Below, in pieces: positions 10,225 to 19,176 of a stretch of 20,000 nucleotides of DNA. Position 1 is the stretch's first letter; every line of letters starts with the position of its first letter. This stretch comes from Trichodelitschia bisporula (lineage: Eukaryota). The DNA lies in NCBI GenBank assembly GCA_010356995.1, contig ML996700.1:803038-823037 (forward strand). The letters run 5' to 3'. A program made the translations under genes and the position numbers. Under the pieces are notes generated by a model. The model saw only the letters and a list, made by a program, of their open reading frames with translations. It was not told where the DNA came from and ran no database searches.

Positions 10225-12988
10225 ATGGATTCCGCTCAACACCGACGACATGCAACCATGTTGCCTGTACACGCTCCCTTGGGCACTCGTTTGCCACCTT
10301 CCGCCGCGCTGCTGGCTGCAGATCCGCTGCCGGTGCTTGTGGTTGAGGGTGACCGACTGCCGGGGGCTTTTGTCAACGCGGCACTGCGACGTGCTGAGAG
10401 AGCATGGAATGGGGGGGCGCGCGCGTTTCGTGAGCGATGCGCCGCCGTGACGACGGAAACGGCGTTTGCGGGCTGGAGATGGACGTCTTTTGAGGTGGGG
10501 CGCTGGCGTGTAGTTCGAGGGCTGCGGAAGGACGACGGATGGACGGAGCAAAGCGAAGAACTGCACGACACGAAAGTGGAGGAGAGGCAGGAAGCGGACC
10601 AAAGCGACGATGCAGCGGAAGAGATGACGGCCGAGTTCTACGCAGACGGATACGGCGAGGGCGCGGACGAGGACAAGTCTTTCCTGCGACGCATGGAGAG
10701 CGCCGTCGGCGTGTTCGAGTGCAACCTTGAGGGCCATCTGTTGCGGGCAAACGTACGTTTAAGTGTCCTTTATGACGACGACGCTGACCAGCAGGACACA
10801 TGGCGCGAACTCAGCGATCACCGCGACTGTTGCTTCCTCGATCTCGTCCACCCAATGGACCAGCCCGAGGCTGCTGGCGCGTGGAGCCGGCTGGTCAGCG
10901 GTGACGCCGTGACATTCGAGACGCGCTGGGGCGAGCGCAGAGTGCTGTCAGACTGTATACCTGTGATGAAAGACGGGCGGCCAATGGGCGTCGCGGGACT
11001 CAGCCTCGATATCAGCGCCCTGGGTGACGGTCAGATCTTGCAGCGTACCGATAGCGAGCAGCGGGCCCTCGAATCCGAGCGTCGCTTTGCGCGCTTTGCC
11101 GAGATTGCGCCCGTGGCCATGTACATCATTGACGCCGACAGGCGGGTACGTCTCGCTGCCGTGCGCATATCTGCTGACGTTCTCAGATGCAGTACTGCAA
11201 CGAGAACTTCCTCGAGCTCACCGGGTACCCACGGGACACCTGGCCAGAGGTCGACTGGAACAGGCTTGTATATGCTGACGACATTCCCATCGTTGACTCT
11301 ACCTGGCGCACGATACTCGCCGAGAAGCGCGAACACACGGCGCAGTTCCGGCTCCGGCGCACTTGGGCCAGCGGCGACGGCATGGACGGCCATATTTGGG
11401 TACAGGCGCAGGCACATCCCGAACTCGAGGCTGACGGCACGGTGCGTACCGTCATGGGCGTGCTGACCGACATATCGCAGTGGAAGTGGGCCGAAGGCGT
11501 GCAGCGCGAGCGCGTCGAGGAGGCTCTCGAGGCGAAGCGCCAACAGGAGAAGTGCGTTGCCGTCGGCTACCCGTCCGTACTGACTCTCGCAGCTTCATTG
11601 ACATGACATCTCACGAGATGCGGAACCCGCTCTCCGCCGTGCTCCAGTGCGCTGACTCGACGCTCGACTCCATCGTCCTCATGCAGCAGCTGGGTCCCGA
11701 CGAGAAGGTGCTCGCCGAGCTGCGCAGCTGCCACGACGCACTGCAGACGATTGTAATGTGCTCGCTGCACCAGCAGCGCATCATTGACGACGTCCTAACG
11801 CTCTCGAAGCTGGACGCCAACTTGATGGTCGTCACCCCGGTTGCGGTGCGTCCGGCGAAGACGGTGGCCGACGCGGTGCACATGTTTAAGACAGAATGCG
11901 CAAACCTAGATATTATGCTAGAGTTTGATGTGGACGCGTCGCTGGAGGCCATGGGCGCCGAGTACGTGACGCTGGACCCCTCGCGGATGATGCAGGTGTG
12001 TCTCCGGAGTGGGCTGTTTTGACCGCCCCCTGTGCCGTTCTAACCAGGTGAGCTAGGTGCTTATCAACCTCATCTCCAACGCCATCAAGTTCACCCGCGG
12101 CCGCCGCCGGCGCAAGATATCCGTGCTGCTCGGAGCGTCACGGGAGCGGCCGTGCGCGGTGTGGAAGGACATAAGCTTTTCCAACCCGGCCTCGAGGGAT
12201 GCTAGGGGCTTGTACGTGTGGGTCAGGGTGGAGGATACGGGGTGCGTTTGTTGCTGTTCTGCCTTGCCGCCTCCCTATCCTTTTCACTGCTCCTCTCCCT
12301 TCGTCTGCTGACTATCATCAGCTGCGGCCTCACGCCCTCCCAACAGGGTACCCTATTCGGACGGTTCTCGCAGGCCACTCCCCGCACCCACATCCACTAC
12401 GGCGGCGCCGGCCTCGGTCTCTTCATATCGAAATGCCTAACGGAGCTGCAGGGCGGTGCCATCGGCGTCCAGTCACAAGAGAACATCGGCTCGACCTTTG
12501 CTTTCTTCGTGGAGACGCAGCCGGCGGACGACGATGGCGAGTCAAGCAGCGACGACGAGCCCCTAACGCCGTCCTCGCGCTGCAGCGTGCTCGTCGTCGA
12601 GGACAATCTCGTGAACCAGAAAATGCTAGCGGGGCAGCTGCGCAAAGCGGGCTATGAAGTGCACGTTGCTGGCCACGGCGAGGATGCGCTGGCCCTGCTG
12701 GCTACATCGCGCATCTGGCGGCCCGCTCCGCCGGACCCTGTGGCCATTGACATTGTGCTCATGGACGTGGAGATGCCCGTCATGGACGGCTTGACTTGCA
12801 CGCGCCGCATCCGTGATTTGGAGCGTGAGGGGAAGTTGGCGATGCGGATGCCGATCTTGGCGGTTAGTGCGAATGCGCGCGGCGAGCAGCTGCGCCAAGC
12901 GCGTGATGCCGGCATGGACGACACGATCACCAAGCCGTTTCGCATTCCGGAGCTGCGGCGCAAGGTTAGTGCGTTGGTGGGTGAGTGA
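10225..12988 (+). CDS. Hybrid sensor histidine kinase (PAS-PAS-HisKA-HATPase-REC), ~832 aa, resembling fungal group XI HHKs; exons 10225-10752, 10795-11145, 11187-11551, 11593-11995, 12057-12241, 12322-12988
   Basis: H-box FIDMTSHEMRNPLSA, N-box QVLINLISNAIKFT, G1 EDTGCG, F-box LFGRFSQ, G2 YGGAGLGL, receiver VLVVEDN...DIVLMDVEMPVMDG...KPF, and PAS-like segments (LVHPMD; LVYADD...MGVLTDIS). Five GT-AG introns give 2499 nt in frame. The start codon is the least certain part. Confidence 0.92.
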
Positions 12989-13533
12989 GGGTTGCGGATC
13001 GGCTCGTGGCTGCTTGGGTGACGTGTTGAACGCGATTGTGTATGCTTTTAGGAGATACCATGGTGTTTGTTTCATCGTAAATGAATAGATGTTGACGTGT
13101 AGTAGGATGTCAGTGATCATGAGAACCATTTTTTTTGGATTCAGCTTCAAGGTTCTGCCCACATTAGAGCACCGGGGTGCTTGCTATCTAAGTTCAACTC
13201 TCTAAACTCTGGATCGCTTGGCTAGCTTCAACGGTAATAACGCGTAGCCAGCCCAATCGACCCTGAGCAACCCCGCACAGTACGTGGCCTGTACCCTTTG
13301 CCACTTCTTTCCGAGGACACAGTAAAGGCCGTGTCTTCCACAACGCACTTCACTCCATTAACAACTTCTATTGACGCAGCTGCTCTTGCCACAAGCATTT
13401 TGAAACAGCCCCTCAAACCCTTCGGCTGCACTGTAAGTATCGTCGTGTCCATTCAGATACTCCTGCACCGTCGGCCCCACTTTTCAACGTTCTCGATGCC
13501 TAACATGGCCTCGTCTGATCAGTTCAACGGCCT

Positions 13534-13765
13534 TGTCGTGGGAGATCAATGCCGGGCCTTGACCTTATTGGCTCCCCGCGATCTTCCCCTGCGGCTGCTG
13601 CCACGTCACGCCAGCATTCCCGCACCCCGCCGTGCCTTAGGCAGACGGCAGCGCGATCTGCTCAAGAGTCTGGCGGCTCGCTCTTCAGATAGATCTTTGT
13701 GGAAGTAACTTGTTCATGCCTGCACCATACCCATCGTCACTTCCACACTTTGCACACCCCTGACA
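13534..13765 (+). mobile_element. LTR family A (Gypsy/chromovirus), 232 bp, isolated copy
   Basis: TGTC...GACA termini. It is ~95% identical (about 12 differences by hand) to the reverse complement of 18944-19176, which is preceded by a PPT. Confidence 0.88.
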
Positions 13766-14614
13766 GAACCACCTCCAGAACGATTGGGCACAATTCCTGC
13801 CAGCAGCGGAGTTTGCCGCAAACAATGCCGAGTCGTCAACCACCGATGTATCGCCATTTTTCGCCAATTACGGGCAAAACCCACGTATTGGATTCGAAGA
13901 ATCGCTCGGACCAAGCGATGCAGTAGCCGAAGTAAATCGACTGGTCGAGAAGATGAAGAAGCTGGATGAACACCTTTACGAGTCAATGCTGATTTCTCAG
14001 GCGTTGCACGAAGTCTCAGCAAAGAGACATCGCCGCCCCGCAGAAAATACGAAGTCGGAGATATGGTCTTCCTCGATGCCGAGCACATCCGCACACATCG
14101 ACGCTCAGCGAAGCTGGACAATCACGCACTAGGCCCCTTCCGCGTGCTCCAAGTTTACTAACACCATCCTTTGATCGTCAAGCCCGACCTTCCAGAATCC
14201 TTGGCCATTCATCCGGTCTTCCATGTCAACATGCTACAACGAGCTTGGACCGATCCGTTCCCAGGACAAATCATCGAGAATCCAGAAGCCGAGACTGATG
14301 AGGAAACGGGCGAACAGTACTGTAAGTGGGAAAATATCAAGGCGTCAAGACTCAATCGTCGCCGCGGCCAAGTGGAATATTTGGTCGAATGGGTAGGCGA
14401 TTGGGAGGATACTTGGGAACCCTGGCACCTCGTGGAACAAGATATGCCCGACGCAATGATGGCCTTTCACAACGCCCGTCCTACGCAACCAGGACCACAT
14501 GTCGCGCCTTGCCACGACAGAAAATGCTGCATAACCCCTTACCGACCCCGAATTTACGCCACACGTCGCTCACGCCGCCGAAATCGAGATCGCGTCGCAG
14601 GAGCTCCGCCCTAA
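13766..14614 (+). pseudogene. Ty3/Gypsy chromovirus (family B) integrase C-terminus plus chromodomain, disrupted
   Basis: NHLQNDWAQFLPAAEFAANN...SPFFANYGQNP...LGPFRV...IHPVFHV (GPY/F module)...EYLVEWVGDWEDTWEP (chromodomain). There is a frameshift in the A-run at 14044-14047 and an in-frame TAA at 14159-14161. Confidence 0.92.
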
Positions 14615-14686
14615 AAGGCGGGGTATTGTCATGGCATACGGTAGACAACTGGCATTCGATGCTGTTCGATCTGATTCTAGAATGTT
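14613..14686 (+). mobile_element. Polypurine tract and first 60 bp of 3' LTR of family B (runs into gap)
   Basis: AAAAGGCGGGG (14613-14623) followed by TAT, then TGTCATGG... from 14627, directly after the chromodomain ORF. Confidence 0.82.
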
Positions 14687-14944
14687 NNNNNNNNNNNNNN
14701 NNNNNNNNNNNNNNNNNNNNNNNNNNNNNNNNNNNNNNNNNNNNNNNNNNNNNNNNNNNNNNNNNNNNNNNNNNNNNNNNNNNNNNNNNNNNNNNNNNNN
14801 NNNNNNNNNNNNNNNNNNNNNNNNNNNNNNNNNNNNNNNNNNNNNNNNNNNNNNNNNNNNNNNNNNNNNNNNNNNNNNNNNNNNNNNNNNNNNNNNNNNN
14901 NNNNNNNNNNNNNNNNNNNNNNNNNNNNNNNNNNNNNNNNNNNN
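14687..14944. other. Assembly gap (258 N)
   Basis: Run of N. Confidence 1.
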
Positions 14945-15696
14945 AACATTCTAGAATCAGATCGAACAGCATCGAATGCCAGTTGTCTACCGTATGCCAT
15001 GACAATACCCCGCCTTTTAGGGCGGAGCTCCTGCGACGCGATCTCGATTTCGGCGGCGTGAGCGACGTGTGGCGTAAATTCGGGGTCGGTAAGGGGTTAT
15101 GCAGCATTTTCTGTCGTGGCAAGGCGCGACATGTGGTCCTGGTTGCGTAGGACGGGCGTTGTGAAAGGCCATCATTGCGTCGGGCATATCTTGTTCCACG
15201 AGGTGCCAGGGTTCCCAAGTATCCTCCCAATCGCCTACCCATTCGATCAAATATTCCACTTGGCCGCGGCGACGTTGAGTCTTGACGCCTTGATATTTTC
15301 CCACTTCCAGTACTGTTTGCCCGTTTCCTCATCAGTCTCGGCTTCTGGATTCTCGATGATTTGTCCTGGGAACGGATCGGTCCAAGTTCGTTGTAGCACG
15401 TTGACATGGAAGACCGGATGAATGGCCATGGATTCTGGAAGGTCGGGCTTGACGATCAAAGGATTGTGTTCGTAAACTTTGAGCACGCGGAAGGGGCCTA
15501 GTGCGTGATTGTCCAGCCTCGCTGAGCGTCGATGTGTGCGGATGTGCTCGGCATTGAGGACATTATCTCCGACTTCGTATTTTTTCTGCTGGGCGGCGAT
15601 GTCTGTTTGCTGAGACTTCGTGCAACGCCTGAGAAGCCAGCATTGACTCGTAAAGGTGTCCATCCAGCTTCTCCATCTTCTCGAACAGTCGATTTA
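14945..15696 (-). mobile_element. Second, inverted copy of family B 3' end (integrase C-term, chromodomain, PPT, LTR start 15004-14945), frameshifted
   Basis: Reverse complement of ~13932-14686. It is near-identical next to the gap and carries scattered substitutions and indels further out (A6 run at 15580-15585; 1-bp deletion near 15272). Confidence 0.92.
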
Positions 15697-16035
15697 TGTT
15701 AAAATGAAGTGTGAACATGACTTGGTTTATTGATTGACTAGCAGTGGGAAGTGAGCTGGCTATATATCTCGCTAGGAGACGACCCCTGTCTCCTGGCTCC
15801 ACTCCAGCCACCCCAGGCTGCCGCCACAAATTCAACACTCCCACTCAAACTGAGGTGGATGGAAGTGCACCAGCAGTGAGCTCCCACTGTCTCCCATGTC
15901 CCGGGATGGAATAAACTCCAAGTGTCATAGTTCTGGCCACACACGGTGTGATGCCTCAGGCCATGATGTGGTCTGGGTGGCAGCACAGTACCGAGGTGAC
16001 GTATGGGGACTAGCGCAGTCATGTGACTGGCGCCA
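15697..16035 (-). mobile_element. Copia-type family C: 3' LTR (15697-15837, 141 bp), PPT and ~200 bp internal sequence, inserted into family B integrase
   Basis: TGTT...AACA termini. On the minus strand TTGAGTGGGAG abuts TGTTGAA, a Copia-style PPT/LTR junction. It is ~89% identical to 19311-19451. Host integrase sequence resumes exactly at 15696. The Copia assignment rests on LTR/PPT style only. Confidence 0.8.
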
Positions 16036-16355
16036 NNNNNNNNNNNNNNNNNNNNNNNNNNNNNNNNNNNNNNNNNNNNNNNNNNNNNNNNNNNNNNNNN
16101 NNNNNNNNNNNNNNNNNNNNNNNNNNNNNNNNNNNNNNNNNNNNNNNNNNNNNNNNNNNNNNNNNNNNNNNNNNNNNNNNNNNNNNNNNNNNNNNNNNNN
16201 NNNNNNNNNNNNNNNNNNNNNNNNNNNNNNNNNNNNNNNNNNNNNNNNNNNNNNNNNNNNNNNNNNNNNNNNNNNNNNNNNNNNNNNNNNNNNNNNNNNN
16301 NNNNNNNNNNNNNNNNNNNNNNNNNNNNNNNNNNNNNNNNNNNNNNNNNNNNNNN
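16036..16355. other. Assembly gap (320 N)
   Basis: Run of N. Confidence 1.
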
Positions 16356-17465
16356 CGCCTCCAGTCCCTCCTTGAACACTACATGGAGTCTATCACTGAC
16401 ACCGTCCGACGCCAAACCGCTGGGGCTCCGAACAACCTCCAAGCACCCTCCCCAGCACCGCCTACCCCGATAGCCTCGTTTATACCGCCTCACATCCCCG
16501 AAACCCCAGCATACCGCTCCAAACCCATCCTCCCCGACGTTCCAAAATTCGATGGAAACTGCAGCCTCTTCACCTCCTGGGTCATCGTCGTCCGCCGAAA
16601 ACTCGCCACCGACCACGCCTGTTTCCCCTCCGAAGACGACAAAGCGTCGTACATCCTCACTCGCATGGAGTTGGAAGCAACGTCTCGCATCGCACCCTGG
16701 GTTACAATCGCTATGTCACAAGGACAGTTCACTTGGGAGAACGCACTAAAGGAACTCCAAAGACACTTTGGAGACCCCCGCGCCGCCGAAAACGCCCTGG
16801 AACGTCTCCGGATGCTGAAGCAAAAGAACATGAGTCTCTCTGAACACCTCGCACGTTTCAACAAGGACCTTTTGGAAGCCAACCTCTACAGCTCAGATGA
16901 CAAAACCAAAATCGCGTATCTACGACCAACCCTGAGCGTCGAACTGCGCTCTGCGATGACTGGCGGCGGATCTTGGGTCATGGAAACATACGACGGGTTC
17001 TGTCGCTATGCATTGGACGTGGCAAGCAACCTTCAGGCAAACCGCAACATCGATAAGCTCCAGAACACCGGCCCCCGCTTCTCAAGCACTTCCTTCTCAC
17101 CTCAGAATACTGGCTACCGTCACTCGGCCACCCAAAGTTCAGCGTACACCCCCCGGAATACCCCCGACCAGATGGACTGGACCCCCTCTGTCTCCGCCGC
17201 CGCTGGTCGTCCTTCGAATAGGCCCCCTCCTCGTCAGCAGCCCCCCAACGCTCCCAGAGCTAAGTGGGTGTCCCGCGACGTTATCGGACAACGCCTCACA
17301 GACCGCGTATGCATTCGTTGCGGAAACCCTGCGCACTTCATCGACTCCTGCGATCACCTCCCTGCACGCAATCCCAACCGAGTCCTTGTTCACTCCACCT
17401 CTATCGAACCTGCACCCGCAAACCCTGCGGAGGCCTCCCCTCCTTCAGACTTGGAAAACGAGTAG
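16356..17465 (+). CDS. gag: Ty3/Gypsy Gag (5' end in gap), open reading frame
   Basis: LPDVPKFDG...KASYILTRMELEA (retrotransposon gag-like), the DQMDW motif and a CCHC knuckle CIRCGNPAHFIDSC (17310-17351). Stop TAG at 17463-17465. Confidence 0.92.
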   Translation, partial: RLQSLLEHYMESITDTVRRQTAGAPNNLQAPSPAPPTPIASFIPPHIPETPAYRSKPILPDVPKFDGNCSLFTSWVIVVRRKLATDHACFPSEDDKASYILTRMELEATSRIAPWVTIAMSQGQFTWENALKELQRHFGDPRAAENALERLRMLKQKNMSLSEHLARFNKDLLEANLYSSDDKTKIAYLRPTLSVELRSAMTGGGSWVMETYDGFCRYALDVASNLQANRNIDKLQNTGPRFSSTSFSPQNTGYRHSATQSSAYTPRNTPDQMDWTPSVSAAAGRPSNRPPPRQQPPNAPRAKWVSRDVIGQRLTDRVCIRCGNPAHFIDSCDHLPARNPNRVLVHSTSIEPAPANPAEASPPSDLENE

Positions 17466-17493
17466 CTCCTGACATACAGTCGGCGTCAGGAGC
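17453..17493 (+). other. Putative -1 programmed ribosomal frameshift signal between gag and pol
   Basis: G GAA AAC heptamer (17453-17459), a 5-nt spacer, then a perfect 9-bp stem GCTCCTGAC (17465-17473)/GTCAGGAGC (17485-17493). The pol ORF is in the -1 frame. Confidence 0.8.
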
Positions 17494-18292
17494 ACCCCCG
17501 GATCGTGGCCAATCCCCTTCATCGAGTGAACTCAGTGATTTTCCCCTCGTCGAACCTCCCTTCGTTGTAACTAGTTACCTAGACTCTCTTGGTGCAGCCA
17601 CTACATTAATTGACTCTGGTTGCACAACGTATGGGATCGTGAGTCACAAGTTCGCTGTTTGTCATCACCTGCCCCGAACTCCTTGCCGCAAATACACCCT
17701 TACCGGTTTCGCCAACGACATGTCGAAAGATACCACCGAGCTCGCTTACGCCCGTCTCGACGTTGGCGGCATCATTACTGAAAAAGCTTTCTTCTTCATC
17801 GTTCCCCATCTCTCTCAGTACGATCTTATACTCGGCATCCCTTGGATGCGTCAGCACGAAGCTTTCCTTAACCCCAGTCGCAACCTCCTCACGTTCCACG
17901 GTCGAAAAACTGTGTTGAGAAACGAGCTGGGTTCGGACTCATCAGACCGCCTTGATTGTAAGGCCATCAGTTATCGGCCCTTCGCCGCACTCGTCAACGG
18001 ACCAGTGCAGTCGCCCGTATGGGCCATCAGTCTCAAAGATATCGAAAAAGCCCTTGAAGTTAAGCCATCTTTCGACCCGAGAAGTGTCCTCCCATCGCAC
18101 TACCACGAGTGGCTGCCCGTTTTTGACCGGAAGCAAGCCGAAACCCTCCCTCCGTCGCGAGGGCCCGAAGTCGATCATCGAATAGTCATTGAGAAGAATG
18201 CACAAGGAAAAGAGAAGGAAGTCCCTTGGGGACCGATGTATTCCATGGGAAGAGATCAGTTGCTCGTCCTTCGGAAGACGCTCAATGAGTAC
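17459..18292 (+). CDS. pol: Ty3/Gypsy Pol N-terminus (aspartic protease, linker, start of RT), truncated by a 10-N gap
   Basis: Protease LIDSG (DSG at 17612-17620) and YDLILGIPWM; pre-RT LPSHYHEWLPVFD...LPPSR..VDHRI...PWGPMYSM. No stops up to the gap at 18293-18302. Confidence 0.9.
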
Positions 18293-18302
18293 NNNNNNNN
18301 NN

Positions 18303-18662
18303 CTCTTCACCTCCTGGGTCATCGTCGTCCGCCGAAAACTCGCCACCGACCACGCCTGTTTCCCCTCCGAAGACGACAAAGCGTCGTACATCCTCACTCG
18401 CATGGAGTTGGAAGCAACGTCTCGCATCGCACGCTGGGTTACAATCGCTATGTCACAAGGACAGTTCACTTGGGAGAACGCACTAAAGGAACTCGAAAGA
18501 CACTTTGGAGACCCCCGCGCCGCCGAAAACGCCCTGGAACGTCTCCGGATGCTGAAGCAAAAGAACATGAGTCTCTCTGAACACCTCGTACGTTTCAACA
18601 AGGACCTTTTGGAAGCCAACCTCTACAGCTCAGACGACAAAACCAAAATCGCGTATCTACGA
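18303..18662 (+). repeat. Gag fragment, second copy (equivalent to 16566-16925)
   Basis: Near-identical to 16566-16925 with a few substitutions. Confidence 0.92.
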
Positions 18663-18665
18663 TTA

Positions 18666-18943
18666 TTATCGATGTTGCGGTTTGCCTGAAGGTTGCTTGC
18701 CACGTCCAATGCATAGTGACAGAACCCGTCGTATGTTTCCATGACCCAAGATCCGCCGCCAGTCATCGCAGAGCGCAGTTCGACGTTCAGGGTTGGTCGT
18801 AGATACGCGATTTTGGTTTTGTCGTCTGAGCTGTAGAGGTTGGCTTCCAAAAGGTCCTTGTTGAAACGTGCGAGGTGTTCAGAGAGACTCATGTTCTTTT
18901 GCTTCAGCATCCGGAGACATTCCAGGGCGTTTTCGGCGGCGCG
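18666..18943 (-). repeat. Gag fragment, third copy, inverted (equivalent to 16779-17056)
   Basis: Reverse complement of 16779-17056, joined to the previous fragment by TTA. Confidence 0.92.
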
Positions 18944-19176
18944 TGTCAGGGGCGTGCAAAAGTGTGGAAGTCACGATGGGTATGATGCAGGCATGAACAA
19001 GTTACTTCCACAAAGATCTATCTGAAGGGCGAGCCGCCAGACTCTTGAGCAGATCGCGCTGCCGTCTGCCTAAGGCATGGCGGGGTGCGGGAAGGCTGGC
19101 GTGACGTGGCAGCAGCCGCGGGGGAAGATCGTGGGGAGCCAATGAGGTTAAGGCCCGGCATTGGTCTCCCACGACA
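18944..19176 (-). mobile_element. 3' LTR of family A (233 bp), inserted into the inverted gag fragment
   Basis: TGTC...GACA termini. The minus-strand PPT AAGGGGGGGA is at 19189-19180. The LTR end abuts the gag sequence CGCGCCGCCG at 18943. Confidence 0.9.

Noticed and set aside
9797..10450. 217-aa + strand ORF upstream of the kinase
   Set aside because: Non-ATG start, Trp/Cys-rich composition from GACTGG-type low-complexity sequence, and out-of-frame overlap with the kinase start.
12040..12056. CTAAC-CAG/GTGAGC-TAG resembling a recursive or stwintron splice site
   Set aside because: The first CAG is directly adjacent to the branch point and would create a stop; the remaining 9 nt is too short for an intron. 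The TAG at 12054-12056 gives the correct N-box frame.
13228..13533. Short ORFs between the kinase and the first LTR (possible gene relic)
   Set aside because: No recognisable domain in the frames read; cannot support a call without a homology search.
14326..16616. ORFs spanning N runs and the 438-aa pol-gag fusion across 18293-18302
   Set aside because: Artefacts of translating through assembly gaps.
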